Shown here one piece after another: positions 39,901 through 50,438 of a DNA stretch of 64,000 nucleotides (positions are counted from its first letter, which is position 1; every line of letters starts with the position of its first letter). The notes beneath the pieces are model-generated. The model saw only the letters and a program-made list of their open reading frames with translations. It was not told where the DNA came from and made no database searches. Made by a program: the position numbers and the translations under genes. This DNA comes from a virus. The stretch spans positions 26,796 to 90,795 of IMG/VR virus record IMGVR_UViG_3300010885_018971; one strand, 5' to 3'.

Positions 39901-42900
39901 AAACGTATTGATAATTTAGAGTACTACACATCTTTGTCTTTACTAGAACAAGAAACTAAAGGGTTGTCAATCACTGATGCCAATGGACTTGAGAGATTCA
40001 AGAATGGTTTTATTGTTGATTCGTTTACTGGACATAACGTAGGTAATGTACTATCCCCAGACTATCTCTGCTCTGTTGATATGCAGAATGGCGAATTACG
40101 TCCATTCTATAATATTAATAATGTAAATTTGATTGAAAGCATCTCAAACGATAATGATCGTACCACTGCTGGTTATAAAGTTTATGGAGATCTTATTACG
40201 CTTCCTGTTACTGATCATATTCCTTTGGTTAAGCAACAATATGCTTCTCGTATAGAGAACATTAATCCATTCGCAATCTTTACTTTCTTGGGTGATATTA
40301 AACTTAACCCATCATCTGATGATTGGTTTGAAACACAACGTGCTCCAGATATTGTTCGTAACGTAGAAGGTAACTTCAATACTATTGCAGCACTTGCAAC
40401 TCAGGCTGGTATTCTTGGAACTATCTGGAACGCATGGCAAGTTAACTGGATAGGTCAATCAGTTCCAGTTGGTGGAGCATTGATTCAATATACAACAGGC
40501 GATAACTGGGCGTCACGTGGGTACATGGGTGATACTACTGGATCTAATGTTGGATCTGGTGCAGCAGTCTATCTTGATGTAAATGAATTTAATAATCGTT
40601 TTGGTGGTGGCGGAAGTGGTCCAGCACGTCAGGTTTTTGTCTCGACTACTGCACAAACTATTTCTAGATCTAGACAAGGTGTTAAATCTACACTTGCAGT
40701 TCAGATGGAACGTCAAGTTGTTGACGACAAAATAATTTCAACTACGTTAATTCCTTACATTCGTAGACGTAACGTGTTGGTTCAGGTTAAGAAATTAAAA
40801 CCAAATACAAGATTTTATCCTTATTTCGATGATATTTCCGTAAGTGCATATTGCACCCCATCTTCTTATATTACATATACACTGCCGTCTTTAACATCAA
40901 CAGATTTTGAAACATCAAAGAATTCAGGTAGCCTAGCTTCTGAAACAGCACGTACTATTGATACTAATTCTGGTGCGTTTACTGCTGATGCTGCAGGTAA
41001 TACTTGTTTGAATATTGGTGATGTTATTACTGGTGCATCTTCTGCTGCAACTGCTGTAGTTGTTGGCAGAGAATATGATTCAGATACTGGAATTAGAAGA
41101 CTTCACGTAATGAACATAAAGGGAACTTTTACTGTAAGTGAAACAATCTCTGGTTCTATTTCTGGTGCTGTTGGTACTGTTACTGCTCGCGAAAGTAATA
41201 AAACTCAAGGTGGTAATTTAATTACTAACGGTAGTGGTGAACTAAACTTTGTATTCTTTATTCCAGATAATGATAATATTAAGTTCCGTACTGGTACTCG
41301 TGAGTTCAAACTTCTAGATGTTAGCACTGTTAATGGTCAACAATCATCTTCTGCTAAAGTTCAATACGAAGCAAAAGGTATCCTAGAAACTAAACAACAG
41401 ACTGTTCTTTCTATCCGTAACGCACACATTATTCAAGAAATTGTTAACGAGAATGATACTGTTACTAAAACCATTGAACGTGTTGCCCGTGATACTGGTT
41501 GGTATGACCCATTGGCTCAGACTTTCTTGGTTCAATCCAAGGGTGGCGCTTTCTTAAGTAAAGTAGATATCTTTTTTGCAACTAAGGATAGTAAACTTCC
41601 AGTAACATTGCAAATTCGCGATGTTGTAAATGGATATCCAGGTAAACGTATTCTACCATTCTCTGAAGTCACATTGAAATCAGAGCAGGTAAATATCTCT
41701 AGCACTACTGTTGCAATGACAGATGGTTCTGGAACAAACTATCCTAAGTATGACACTCCAACTACGTTCACGTTTCCATCTCCTGTATATGTTCAGGATG
41801 GAGGTGAGTACTGTATTGTATTGGCTTCTGATTCAAGCAACTATAAAGTTTGGATTAGTCAGATGGGTGATCAGATCCCAGATTCTTCAAGAACTATTTC
41901 TGAACAACCTTATGCTGGCGTTCTATTCAAATCACAAAATGCTTCCACTTGGACAGCAAACCAAGATCAAGATTTGAAGTTTACTGTTTATCGTGCTAAA
42001 TTTGATATTCTTGCACAGGGTAGCGTTGTATTTACAAACGATGTTCTACCAATGAAAGTTATTGACCTAGATCCTTTCCAAACTGTATCTGGAACTAACA
42101 AGGTTCGTGTTTGGCATCGTGATCATGGATTATTTGTTAACTCTAAAGTTACTTTAGATAATCTAGATACTACAGTTTATGCTGGAACTACTTCTTCTGG
42201 TGGAACTATTACTTGCTCAACATCAAGTACTACAGTTACTGGTATTGGTACATTGTTTATTGATGACTTCACTGCTTCTGGTGCCGCACTATTCCGTGCA
42301 TCTGATGGTAAGTGTATCGGTATCGTTGATCATGTGACTAATGATACTACTTTAGTATTGAAAGCAACTGCTTCAGTTACAATAAGTTCTGGAGTTGCAT
42401 ACAAATATGCTCTTCCAGTAAATGGAATTCCAGTAACAGAATTGTATAAAGATGTTCTTGGCGCAACGATTACGCATAACATTACTGATGTTGATTTAGA
42501 TTCTTACGTAATTGAAGTTACAAGTAATGCAGATACTACTGGCTACACAGGTGGAGAAACTGTTCGTGCTGGACATAACGTAGTCTATGATATCGTTCAA
42601 CCAAGCGTTCAGGCACAAAACTTCTCAGATACACGTTGTGACTTTACGCTGAAGACTACTTCTGGTAAATCAGTTGATGGTTCAGAATCTCCTTATGTTG
42701 TTGGAGATTATTATGGTGTCATCCCGAATGATAGTAACTATCTCTATGCACCAGCTGTTGTTGCTTCAACTGTTAACGAAGATGCATTTGTAAGTCAGAA
42801 ATCTGTTTACTTGCAAGCTGCAATTTCAACCACAAATGATGCTCTATCTCCTATCATTGATACGCATAGAACTTCATTGATTGCAATTTCTAATAAGTTA

Positions 42901-43593
42901 AACAAACCACGTGAAGATAATATCAATGTGGCTGAACTTGATAACGTAACTTTATTCACTGGTGCAACTGGTGCTTATAGTTTCGCAGGTTCAACAATCA
43001 CTACTAGCAATGCTACAGTTGCGGCACTGATTCAAACTGTTTCTGTTGGTAAGTATATTACAGTATCAAGCGCAACTACTGCGGGTAACAATGGTACTTA
43101 TCTAGTTACTGGCGTAGCTGGTGATGGTGCATCTACTGGGACTATTACTATTAGTGGAACTTTCGCAAATAATGAATCCGCAGCTTCTGGTACTAAAGTT
43201 CAGTTGAGAAACTTATTCGTTGATGAAATTGCTCCAAAGGGTAGTTCTTCTATTAACAAGTATATATCCAAAGCAATTAAATTGGCAAACCCTTCTAACT
43301 TCTTTAGAATTCGTTTGGCAACTAACTGCCCGAATGAAGCTGATGTATTGGTCTATTATAAGACAAATCCAGTTGGCACTACTCGTGACCTAGAGACAGT
43401 TAACTGGACTTTAACTAGCCCAGATACACCCATTAAGAAGGTTCAAAATGGTGGTGGTATTTTCTATGATGTAGATTATTCTGAAGATGGTTTAGTTCCT
43501 TTCGATGCAATTGCAGTCAAGATTGTAATGCAGTCTACAAATAGTTCTGCTGCGCCAAGGATTAGAGATCTAAGAATTATTGCTTGCGTATAA
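36937..43593 (+). CDS. large virion structural protein (DUF4815/VrlC-like)
   Basis: PY.DDFD...FYRILFRP...VQARELTQLQ.ILQNQ; APGAHR; YTMRDIGKLE.RI..LEYYT; DPLAQTF. Confidence 0.88.
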   Translation: MLDFNTEPYNDDFDENNKFYRILFRPSFAVQARELTQLQTILQNQISRQGDHLFKEGAMVIPGQISLDTKYNYVKLQVFNSAGDVTETFVSNLQDKTLVGTSGITAQVLNVVSAEGADPTTIYVRYTSTGDDNTTKVFANGEILTATDDSYTVTAYASGATGVGSAATVQRGVYYVNGFFVLCDTQTILLDKYTNNPSYRIGLNVIESKLTPEDTGYEMLLDNAQNSFNYAAPGAHRYFIDLILTKLAEDSEEDDGFIELLSTTEGQVKREVTKTAYAEIEKTLARRTYDESGNYTIKPFALDVREHRSNERGQWLENTAYLIGDVVTNGGITYAAKNSATSVNIPPTHTSGTSYDGTSSSGVNWEYNLKPTYNRGIYTPENGGDEAKLAIGMEPGKAYVQGYEIEKIATEYVTVDKARTSVQVTDSYLNTPLGNFVYVTNINSLPPFDSTTGCPKIIIYNRFTSSVGVAPTSATAIGTARVRGIEWHSGTIGQQTAVYKLYLFDVSITSGYDFDRDAKAFYYSRSDTNLNFTANVNAVTLNLVGSATTYSSYPTKGASTSLTGIGSAWSGGTLTSPALKVGDYIYVGSSANIRRVVTVTSNGVIVVDSSVTVDGGIISLVKTKMQEPTNNTLIFPLPNYAIKSVRDASSAKQIIYYGMQYLSGTTGSGSGGSCTLTINTTAGVFAESTEPDNYIVVWYDASAGGVVVLPTSISAGGSSSITFTLPDTYASSNFIVMATIKKIGSDGGEKTKTLQTTTQTYTTQATATKAILSLGKADVFRIKSIMMDTGNFTSPSGTYGISIYDRYDFDNGQRDEYYDVGRLFLKHSYSAPTAPISVEFEYFSHSSGDYFTINSYPGTVRVNDIPSYNGISLRDVLDFRPRIGDAGTIFSGSGSSFSMPPKRGQDITVDYSYYLSRKDKIAISRDGSFFNVAGVPALVPGEPLDPAIGMVLYKLSLEPYTFGTSNANIIVDQVDNKRYTMRDIGKLEKRIDNLEYYTSLSLLEQETKGLSITDANGLERFKNGFIVDSFTGHNVGNVLSPDYLCSVDMQNGELRPFYNINNVNLIESISNDNDRTTAGYKVYGDLITLPVTDHIPLVKQQYASRIENINPFAIFTFLGDIKLNPSSDDWFETQRAPDIVRNVEGNFNTIAALATQAGILGTIWNAWQVNWIGQSVPVGGALIQYTTGDNWASRGYMGDTTGSNVGSGAAVYLDVNEFNNRFGGGGSGPARQVFVSTTAQTISRSRQGVKSTLAVQMERQVVDDKIISTTLIPYIRRRNVLVQVKKLKPNTRFYPYFDDISVSAYCTPSSYITYTLPSLTSTDFETSKNSGSLASETARTIDTNSGAFTADAAGNTCLNIGDVITGASSAATAVVVGREYDSDTGIRRLHVMNIKGTFTVSETISGSISGAVGTVTARESNKTQGGNLITNGSGELNFVFFIPDNDNIKFRTGTREFKLLDVSTVNGQQSSSAKVQYEAKGILETKQQTVLSIRNAHIIQEIVNENDTVTKTIERVARDTGWYDPLAQTFLVQSKGGAFLSKVDIFFATKDSKLPVTLQIRDVVNGYPGKRILPFSEVTLKSEQVNISSTTVAMTDGSGTNYPKYDTPTTFTFPSPVYVQDGGEYCIVLASDSSNYKVWISQMGDQIPDSSRTISEQPYAGVLFKSQNASTWTANQDQDLKFTVYRAKFDILAQGSVVFTNDVLPMKVIDLDPFQTVSGTNKVRVWHRDHGLFVNSKVTLDNLDTTVYAGTTSSGGTITCSTSSTTVTGIGTLFIDDFTASGAALFRASDGKCIGIVDHVTNDTTLVLKATASVTISSGVAYKYALPVNGIPVTELYKDVLGATITHNITDVDLDSYVIEVTSNADTTGYTGGETVRAGHNVVYDIVQPSVQAQNFSDTRCDFTLKTTSGKSVDGSESPYVVGDYYGVIPNDSNYLYAPAVVASTVNEDAFVSQKSVYLQAAISTTNDALSPIIDTHRTSLIAISNKLNKPREDNINVAELDNVTLFTGATGAYSFAGSTITTSNATVAALIQTVSVGKYITVSSATTAGNNGTYLVTGVAGDGASTGTITISGTFANNESAASGTKVQLRNLFVDEIAPKGSSSINKYISKAIKLANPSNFFRIRLATNCPNEADVLVYYKTNPVGTTRDLETVNWTLTSPDTPIKKVQNGGGIFYDVDYSEDGLVPFDAIAVKIVMQSTNSSAAPRIRDLRIIACV

Positions 43594-43594
43594 T

Positions 43595-43831
43595 ATGACA
43601 AAATTTTTGAAAGTTGAGGGAAATGCTGGATTAGTCAGGGATACTGACACTCTAGCAATCCTAAATACTAATAGTTCTGAGTATGAAAAATACGTCGCCC
43701 AGAGAGAATCTCTAAGATTAAGACAAGATGAGATGAATCGTCAGGCTTCCGAGATAAATAACATAAAAGAAGATTTGAGTGAAATCAAACAAATGCTTAC
43801 AGCATTAATTAAAGATCGTATAAAAGGATAA
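43595..43831 (+). CDS. small coiled-coil protein
   Basis: KVEG...LVRD..T.AI.N; typical follower of the DUF4815-type gene. Confidence 0.75.
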   Translation: MTKFLKVEGNAGLVRDTDTLAILNTNSSEYEKYVAQRESLRLRQDEMNRQASEINNIKEDLSEIKQMLTALIKDRIKG

Positions 43832-43837
43832 GGAAAC

Positions 43838-45202
43838 ATGTCAACTATAACCTTAAGAGCGACTAAAGGGTCTCCACTTACCAATACGGAAGTGGACAAT
43901 AACTTTAGTAATCTAAACACTGATAAAATTGAATCCACGTATAGTGGGGCACTGAATAGCCTTACTGGTGGTTCAGCTATCACTACAGTTAGCTCTACCA
44001 CTGGTATTACTACAGGTGCATGGAAAGCAACGACAATTAGCCCACTTTATGGTGGTACTGGTGTTGCTCAGGCTAGTGCCTCAAGTACTTTAACGATCTC
44101 TGGTGCGTACGGAACTACACTTACTGTAAGCGGGACTACTTCTCTTACACTACCAACAAGTGGTACTCTAGCTACCCTAGCTGGTACTGAAACTCTTACA
44201 AATAAAACATTAACCTTTCCTTCGATCGATAACACTAAATTAGGTTATAGTACTACTGCTACTGCAGCTGGTACAACTACCCTATCTTCTACGAGCAATA
44301 ACCAGCAATTCTTTACTGGATCTACTACACAAACTGTTCACTTACCAGATACTTCTACCTTAGTAGCTGGCGTATCTTATACGATCGTAAACCAAAGTTC
44401 TGGTGTTGTTACTGTTAGAACCACAAGTGGTACTAACCTTGTTTTTGCAGTTCCTGCTTCTACACAGGCTACATTCACTTGTATTAGTACAGCTAGTAAT
44501 GCTGCTGCTTCATGGTACTATAATGCTGGTGCATCTGCTGGATCAACTAGTATTATTACTCTAGGTACTATTACTACTGGTACTTGGAATGCTACAGGTA
44601 TTACAGTACCATATGGTGGTACTGGTTTATCATCTGCAACTGCTTATGCTGTTCTTTGCGGTGGAACTACTTCTACTGGTGCTTTCCAATCAATCGCTTC
44701 TGTAGGTGCATCAGGTACGGTATTGACAAGTAATGGTGCTGGTGCACTTCCTACTTTCCAAACAGCTGGTGGTGGTGTTACAGTTTCAGATGATACTTCA
44801 ACTAATAGTAATTCAAGATATCCTCTATTTACATCAGCTACTTCTGGCTCTGTAAGCACAACAAACGTATCCAGCACTAAATTATACTATAACCCAAGTA
44901 CTGGTACTCTAAATGCAACAAACTTTAACTCTCTATCTGACGAGACATTAAAGTCAAATATTACACCTATCGTAAATGCTACAGCTATTGTTCGTGCATT
45001 GAATGGTGTTGAATTTGATTGGACAGATACTGGCGATAAATCTTCTGGTGTTATCGCTCAGCAATTAGAAACTGTTTTACCGCACTTAGTTAATACAAAT
45101 GAAGATGGTATTAAGTCTGTTAACTATCAGGGTATCACTGCTTATCTTATCGAAGCATTCAAAGAATTTGATCAAAGACTACAAAACTTAGAAGCAAAAT
45201 AA
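43838..45202 (+). CDS. tail fibre with C-terminal intramolecular chaperone (peptidase S74-like)
   Basis: KGSPLTN.EVD.NF N-terminus; T/S/G-rich shaft; SD.TLK.NI, GVIAQ.LE.V.P.LV, VNY.G....LIEA.KE. Confidence 0.88.
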   Translation: MSTITLRATKGSPLTNTEVDNNFSNLNTDKIESTYSGALNSLTGGSAITTVSSTTGITTGAWKATTISPLYGGTGVAQASASSTLTISGAYGTTLTVSGTTSLTLPTSGTLATLAGTETLTNKTLTFPSIDNTKLGYSTTATAAGTTTLSSTSNNQQFFTGSTTQTVHLPDTSTLVAGVSYTIVNQSSGVVTVRTTSGTNLVFAVPASTQATFTCISTASNAAASWYYNAGASAGSTSIITLGTITTGTWNATGITVPYGGTGLSSATAYAVLCGGTTSTGAFQSIASVGASGTVLTSNGAGALPTFQTAGGGVTVSDDTSTNSNSRYPLFTSATSGSVSTTNVSSTKLYYNPSTGTLNATNFNSLSDETLKSNITPIVNATAIVRALNGVEFDWTDTGDKSSGVIAQQLETVLPHLVNTNEDGIKSVNYQGITAYLIEAFKEFDQRLQNLEAK

Positions 45203-45203
45203 A

Positions 45204-46217
45204 ATGGCTTTCACAGAAAACGGCACTACCTTAATTAATGATTCAGGTGCATTATCACTAACTGGTTTAACACTTACCAGTACTGATAGGCTTAATGTGG
45301 GGATAACCGCAAAACTTCCAACAGCTACATTTCAAGGTGTTACTGCAGGATTTACGTCAGGTGGTTATGTTGGTCCAAAAAGTGCAGTTATTGATAAATT
45401 TACATTCGCTGCTGATAATACATCAACTAACGTAGGTAGTATTAGTCAGGCAAGATATAACATTGGTGGTAACTCTTCGGCGACGTTTGGGTATACTACT
45501 GGTGGTATTAATCCTTCTGATTCACAAAATACTACAACTATTGATAAATATCCTTTTTCAATATCAAGTGGAACTGGAACATCAGTAGGTGCATTAAGCA
45601 CTGGTAGACAAGGTCTAGTTGGACAATCATCTATTCCATACGGATATGGTTGGAGTACAGGTGGTCAAACAGGAAGCGTAATTGATAAATTTGCATTCGC
45701 TTCAGATGGAAATGCTACTTCAGTTGGCACTATAACTGTTGCTAGATATACTGCAGCAGGACAATCATCGGCAACATATGGATATACCTCTGGTGGTGTT
45801 TCACAAGATAATTCCACTTACTATAGTACGATTGATAAATTCCCATTCGCTTCAAGTACAAACGCTACTTCAGTTGGATCTTTAGCAGTTAGTAGAAGGT
45901 ATGGTAGTGGATTATCTTCCACTATTAGTGGTTATACTGCTAGTGGACAAATTGCATCAGCAACTTACAATACTATTGATAAATTTCCATTCGCAACAGA
46001 TACAAACGCCACGGGAGTTGCTTCATTAGCTATTTCTAAATCTGGTGCTGCTGGTGTTTCATCAACAGATTATGGATATTCTGTTGGTGCATATCTTATT
46101 CCATCAACAACTGTTACATCACAAATAGATAGATTTGGTTTTGCTGCAGATACTTCTGGAATAATTTCTGGCGCATTATCACAGAAACGATACGCTTCAT
46201 CAGGTCAACAGGTATAA
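45204..46217 (+). CDS. Kelch-like six-repeat beta-propeller protein 1
   Basis: about 48 aa repeats GY.SGG...IDKFPFA.D.NAT.VG.L...R. Confidence 0.8.
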   Translation: MAFTENGTTLINDSGALSLTGLTLTSTDRLNVGITAKLPTATFQGVTAGFTSGGYVGPKSAVIDKFTFAADNTSTNVGSISQARYNIGGNSSATFGYTTGGINPSDSQNTTTIDKYPFSISSGTGTSVGALSTGRQGLVGQSSIPYGYGWSTGGQTGSVIDKFAFASDGNATSVGTITVARYTAAGQSSATYGYTSGGVSQDNSTYYSTIDKFPFASSTNATSVGSLAVSRRYGSGLSSTISGYTASGQIASATYNTIDKFPFATDTNATGVASLAISKSGAAGVSSTDYGYSVGAYLIPSTTVTSQIDRFGFAADTSGIISGALSQKRYASSGQQV

Positions 46218-46220
46218 AAA

Positions 46221-47282
46221 ATGGCATTTACACTAACAACTCCAGTAACATCTATTGCTGATACTGAACCAGCAAGCTATTTTGATACTATCACCATAAC
46301 TGGTGGTGCGCTTCAGATGACGCATACTGATCAGTTTCAGGGTACAAATTTTGGATATAATGCTCAGGGTAATACACGTTCTGGTGCTCCAGAACTAAAC
46401 AACTATAAAATAATTGAACGATTTCCATTCGCCACGGATACAAACGCAACTACAGTTGGATCAACTTCTGAAAACAGCGCATATCGTGGATCTGGATGGT
46501 CGGCACCATCTTGTGGTTTCCATAGCCCTGGATATATTGGATTTATTGAAAAAGTACCATTCGCAACTAATTCACCTGTCATGGGTCAGTGGGCAGGAAT
46601 TTGGCGTTTGACTACAAACACTCAACATTACGCAACTCCTAATTCCTCATTATCTCATGGTTATCTGAGTGGTGGAAGAAATCCAGGAAACTCAGGCACC
46701 GTGACTGATATGCAAAGATATCCATTCGCATGCGATTATAGTGCTATTTCTACTGGAGCATTAAACTATAATAGAGAATTTGGTGCTTCTGCGCAAAATA
46801 CAACTAATGGATTTATCATGGGAGGTGGAATTGATAATACTGCTTCTAGGGTTACAACAGTAACATCATTCCCATTCGCAGCATCAACACCAACTAGCAA
46901 TGTTGGTAATCTTGCTAATACTGTTAGTATTAGTACTGGGAATTCTTCAACTACTCATGGTTATTCTTCTGGTGGTAATGCTCCTCCTGGACCATCAGTT
47001 TCCACAATTACAAAGTTTCCATTCTCAGCATCTCCAGCTACTGGAACTACAGTTGGTAATTTGTCTGATACTGCATGGGGAAATCAAATTGGCATAAGTA
47101 GCACTCTGTACGGATATCACATGTTGGGTATCGGAAAAACCAATCCAAATCCGCCAACTACATCACCATTCAGTCAATGGTCTACTCAATACGAAAAATA
47201 CTCGTTTTCAACAGATGGAAATGCTACTTCAGTTGGAAACTTAACAATGGGTAAGTACGGGTTTGCTAGTTGGCAAGATTAA
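46221..47282 (+). CDS. Kelch-like beta-propeller protein 2
   Basis: same repeat, six copies. Confidence 0.8.
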   Translation: MAFTLTTPVTSIADTEPASYFDTITITGGALQMTHTDQFQGTNFGYNAQGNTRSGAPELNNYKIIERFPFATDTNATTVGSTSENSAYRGSGWSAPSCGFHSPGYIGFIEKVPFATNSPVMGQWAGIWRLTTNTQHYATPNSSLSHGYLSGGRNPGNSGTVTDMQRYPFACDYSAISTGALNYNREFGASAQNTTNGFIMGGGIDNTASRVTTVTSFPFAASTPTSNVGNLANTVSISTGNSSTTHGYSSGGNAPPGPSVSTITKFPFSASPATGTTVGNLSDTAWGNQIGISSTLYGYHMLGIGKTNPNPPTTSPFSQWSTQYEKYSFSTDGNATSVGNLTMGKYGFASWQD

Positions 47283-47297
47283 TTAGAGAAAACTAAA

Positions 47298-48338
47298 ATG
47301 ACATTCAAAAGATCAGGTACAGACATTTTTGACTCTAACAGAGTAATGTCAGCTGCAACACTTAATTTAATATCAAATACAGGAACAATTGAAGTTACTA
47401 ATGCACCACCAGCACTGGGTACAGTTGCTGGGTATATTGCTGGTGGTAATGGTGCTTCAAATGTTATTGCTAGATTTCCATTCGCATCAGATACAAATGC
47501 TACTTCAGTTGGAGTTTTAACTGTTGCTAGATCAGATTCTGCAAATACATCATCTCAAGTTGCTACTTATAGTTCTGGTGGGTATACTAGCGGTGCTACA
47601 GAACTTCAAACTATAGAAAGACTGACATTCGCAAGTGCAACTCCATCAGTGACATACATAACTGGACTAATTAATGATTATTATGTTTCACCATCTTATA
47701 GAAGAGGCCACACTGGGGTATCTTCTCCAGTTAGTGGTTATTTTGTAGGTGGAACTTCTCTTGGTACTTCACAGGCTATTATTGATAAATTTTCTTTTGC
47801 GACTCAGAGTTCATCTAGTATGCAATTCGTTGGTAATGTAACAAATGCCAGATATTATATGTCTGGACAAAATTCTGATACAAGTGGATACGTAACTGGT
47901 GGTATCTTAACTAATACTGCGCACACAGATGAGTCCGCAAAGTTTCCATTCGCAACAGACACCAATGCCACCAATGTTCTTACTTTAACTCAAGCTAAAG
48001 CATTTAGTACTGGCATTTCAAATGCAACATATGGTTATCAGGTTGGTGGTCAGATAACTCCACCAACTCTTGTAAATACTGACACGATCAATAGATTTCC
48101 ATTCGCATCAAATGTAAATGCTACAAATGTGGCATCACTGAATACCGTGCGTTCTAATTCAGCTGGATTTAGTTCAACAGCTAGCGGATATGTTGCTCAG
48201 GGATATAATGCAGCTAATCCAACACCGAGTGGGAACAACATATCAAAATTCTCGTTTGCTTCTGAATCTACAAGTTCTTCTGTTGGAACAGTTTCATACA
48301 ATTCAAATAGACAAAGCAACGCTGGATCTCAAGATTAA
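47298..48338 (+). CDS. Kelch-like beta-propeller protein 3
   Basis: same repeat, six copies. Confidence 0.8.
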   Translation: MTFKRSGTDIFDSNRVMSAATLNLISNTGTIEVTNAPPALGTVAGYIAGGNGASNVIARFPFASDTNATSVGVLTVARSDSANTSSQVATYSSGGYTSGATELQTIERLTFASATPSVTYITGLINDYYVSPSYRRGHTGVSSPVSGYFVGGTSLGTSQAIIDKFSFATQSSSSMQFVGNVTNARYYMSGQNSDTSGYVTGGILTNTAHTDESAKFPFATDTNATNVLTLTQAKAFSTGISNATYGYQVGGQITPPTLVNTDTINRFPFASNVNATNVASLNTVRSNSAGFSSTASGYVAQGYNAANPTPSGNNISKFSFASESTSSSVGTVSYNSNRQSNAGSQD

Positions 48339-48343
48339 TTAAT

Positions 48344-48388
48344 AAAAGGTTAATCTAGATTAACCTTTTTCCACTTCGGTGGTTTTTT
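48344..48388 (+). terminator. 26 bp perfect palindrome plus UUCG-loop terminator
   Basis: AAAAGGTTAATCTAGATTAACCTTTT then CCAC-TTCG-GTGG-TTTTTT. Confidence 0.8.
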
Positions 48389-48431
48389 CGTTAGATATAT
48401 AATTATATGATGAATTAAATATGGAGTTATA

Positions 48432-49259
48432 ATGAATCAATTGCATTTTTGCGGTGGGCTTCCAAGATCAGGAAGTACCATCTTGATGAATATTTTACAG
48501 CAAAATCCCAAAGTCTTTACTACAGGTACATGCGCTCTGCATGGCTTAGTGCAAGATGCTATGCTTGTTAAATCAAGATTCAGGGAACAGTTCCAAGCAA
48601 TGTCCGTAGAACAAGCCGATAAGGCTATGTATGGAGCAGTGCATGGCGCAACAAAAGGATGGTTTGAAGCACTGACGAATAAACCAATTATTATATCTAA
48701 AAATCGTTCATGGTCTGATGTATTTCATATTTACCCAGAATCTAAGTATATTTGCATGGTTCGAGATATACGAGATGTTGTTGAGAGTTTTGAAAAAGTT
48801 AATCATAGAACTTTAGCTCTGCATTCTTTTGGAGAATCCTTGACATTATCTGCAGGAATGCATGAAGCCGAAAAATATAAATTTTATTTGGGTGAATCGA
48901 ATTCATTGACCGCATCGTTGACTCTTGAACTTCCAAGATTAATGGAAACTTTTAAGAAAACTCAAAATAAAGTTTTGTTTATTCGTTATGAAGATTTTAC
49001 AACAGATCCTGTTACATCATTAAAACAATTGTATAATTTTATTGGGCAAGAGTATTACGAGCATGATTTAAATAATATTTCTCAATCTGAACTTATTGAG
49101 CATGATAATGCTTACTTCAGAGAACGAACTGATCACACTACACATCCAAAATTTCAATATTATACCGAACCAAATAGATCATTGTCTACAACTTTCCATG
49201 GAAATGTTTTGAATGAATTTAAATGGTTTTATGAAGGATTTTACCCAAATGTTAAATAA
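48432..49259 (+). CDS. PAPS-dependent sulfotransferase
   Basis: GGLPRSGSTIL (5'-PSB loop), K.R.W, VRDIRDVVES (3'-PB), IRYEDF..DP. Confidence 0.88.
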   Translation: MNQLHFCGGLPRSGSTILMNILQQNPKVFTTGTCALHGLVQDAMLVKSRFREQFQAMSVEQADKAMYGAVHGATKGWFEALTNKPIIISKNRSWSDVFHIYPESKYICMVRDIRDVVESFEKVNHRTLALHSFGESLTLSAGMHEAEKYKFYLGESNSLTASLTLELPRLMETFKKTQNKVLFIRYEDFTTDPVTSLKQLYNFIGQEYYEHDLNNISQSELIEHDNAYFRERTDHTTHPKFQYYTEPNRSLSTTFHGNVLNEFKWFYEGFYPNVK

Positions 49260-49848
49260 TATACAACCGATTGAAATTAATGGTCTTACTACATTTATTA
49301 CACAAAGTGTAGTATCAGATAAGGCAGTTGAACAGGCTATAGCAGCAATGCAAGTTTTACGTCCACGTGAAGGTAAGACAGGAACTGGTATTGATAAATC
49401 TAAAAAAGATTCTTTAGATTTAACTTTACCACCAAATCATTGTATGCTTATACAAAATGAGATATTGGAAATTGGAGCACAATATGTAGAGTATTATAAT
49501 CTACATGGTATTGTGCCTCCATTGGCAGTCACTGAACATTTTAATGTTCAAAAATATCCACTCAAAGGTGCTTTTCACAGAATTCATGCAGATCGAGGAT
49601 ATGGTCCGCATGAACATAGTTTAAGAGAACTTGTTTGGATGACTTATTTAAATGATGTTCATACTGGTGGTGAAACTGAGTTTATGTTTTATAAATTAAA
49701 GATTAAACCACAGAGAGGTTTAACATTATTGTGGCCAGCTGGATGGACTCATTTACATCGTGGACTACCATCAGCAACTACGGAGAAAATGATTATTACT
49801 GGATGGTTAACTCCAATTCCAATCGAGACACCTTTGGAGTCAAGATGA
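49249..49848 (+). CDS. 2OG-Fe(II) oxygenase (prolyl-hydroxylase-like)
   Basis: NVQKY, HAD, WMTYLNDV..GGET.F, WPAGWTH.HRG, K.IITGW; start MLNNIQ after AAGGA. Confidence 0.88.
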   Translation: MLNNIQPIEINGLTTFITQSVVSDKAVEQAIAAMQVLRPREGKTGTGIDKSKKDSLDLTLPPNHCMLIQNEILEIGAQYVEYYNLHGIVPPLAVTEHFNVQKYPLKGAFHRIHADRGYGPHEHSLRELVWMTYLNDVHTGGETEFMFYKLKIKPQRGLTLLWPAGWTHLHRGLPSATTEKMIITGWLTPIPIETPLESR

Positions 49849-50438
49849 ACAATATAAAAGAATATAGTCACCATTTATTTGCAGTTCCCATATGGGGTTT
49901 TTATTTAAACACAGAGCAATATCATGCAGCAGATTATATCTCTAAAATTTTAGAGATGAAAAAAAATGAAGAAAGTGTTAAAAAAAGTAATTTTGGTGGG
50001 TGGCAATCTAGAGATGACCTAAATACAACAGAGGGTATCTTTAAAGAATTTGTAGGGATTTTAAATAATCTTTCTAAGGAAATAGGCAACGAATATTTTA
50101 AAGGTGATTTGGCAGGTAATATTGAAGTCCAGGAAATGTGGGCAAATGTTAATTATAAATACTCTTACAATGCAGGACATACCCACAGTGGTATTCTTTC
50201 TGGTGCTTTTTATTTACAGGTTCCACCAAATTCTGGGGATTTAATTTTAATGAATCCTGCAGTTAGAAGTGATACTAGTGTATTACGAACTAAGGATTAT
50301 AATATAAAACCAGAAAAGTTACTTTGTGTACTTTTTCCAAGTTGGCTCGAGCATTATGTTGAGCAAAGTTTGAGTGATGAAGAAAGAATTAGTATTAGTT
50401 TTAATATAGGAATAAAGGGTGAAAATGCAATCTATTGA
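49845..50438 (+). CDS. putative 2OG-Fe(II) oxygenase (TIGR02466/PF13759-like)
   Basis: SNFGGWQS, WAN.N, HTH, SG.FY, FPSWL.H.V, RISISFN. Confidence 0.88.
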   Translation: MNNIKEYSHHLFAVPIWGFYLNTEQYHAADYISKILEMKKNEESVKKSNFGGWQSRDDLNTTEGIFKEFVGILNNLSKEIGNEYFKGDLAGNIEVQEMWANVNYKYSYNAGHTHSGILSGAFYLQVPPNSGDLILMNPAVRSDTSVLRTKDYNIKPEKLLCVLFPSWLEHYVEQSLSDEERISISFNIGIKGENAIY

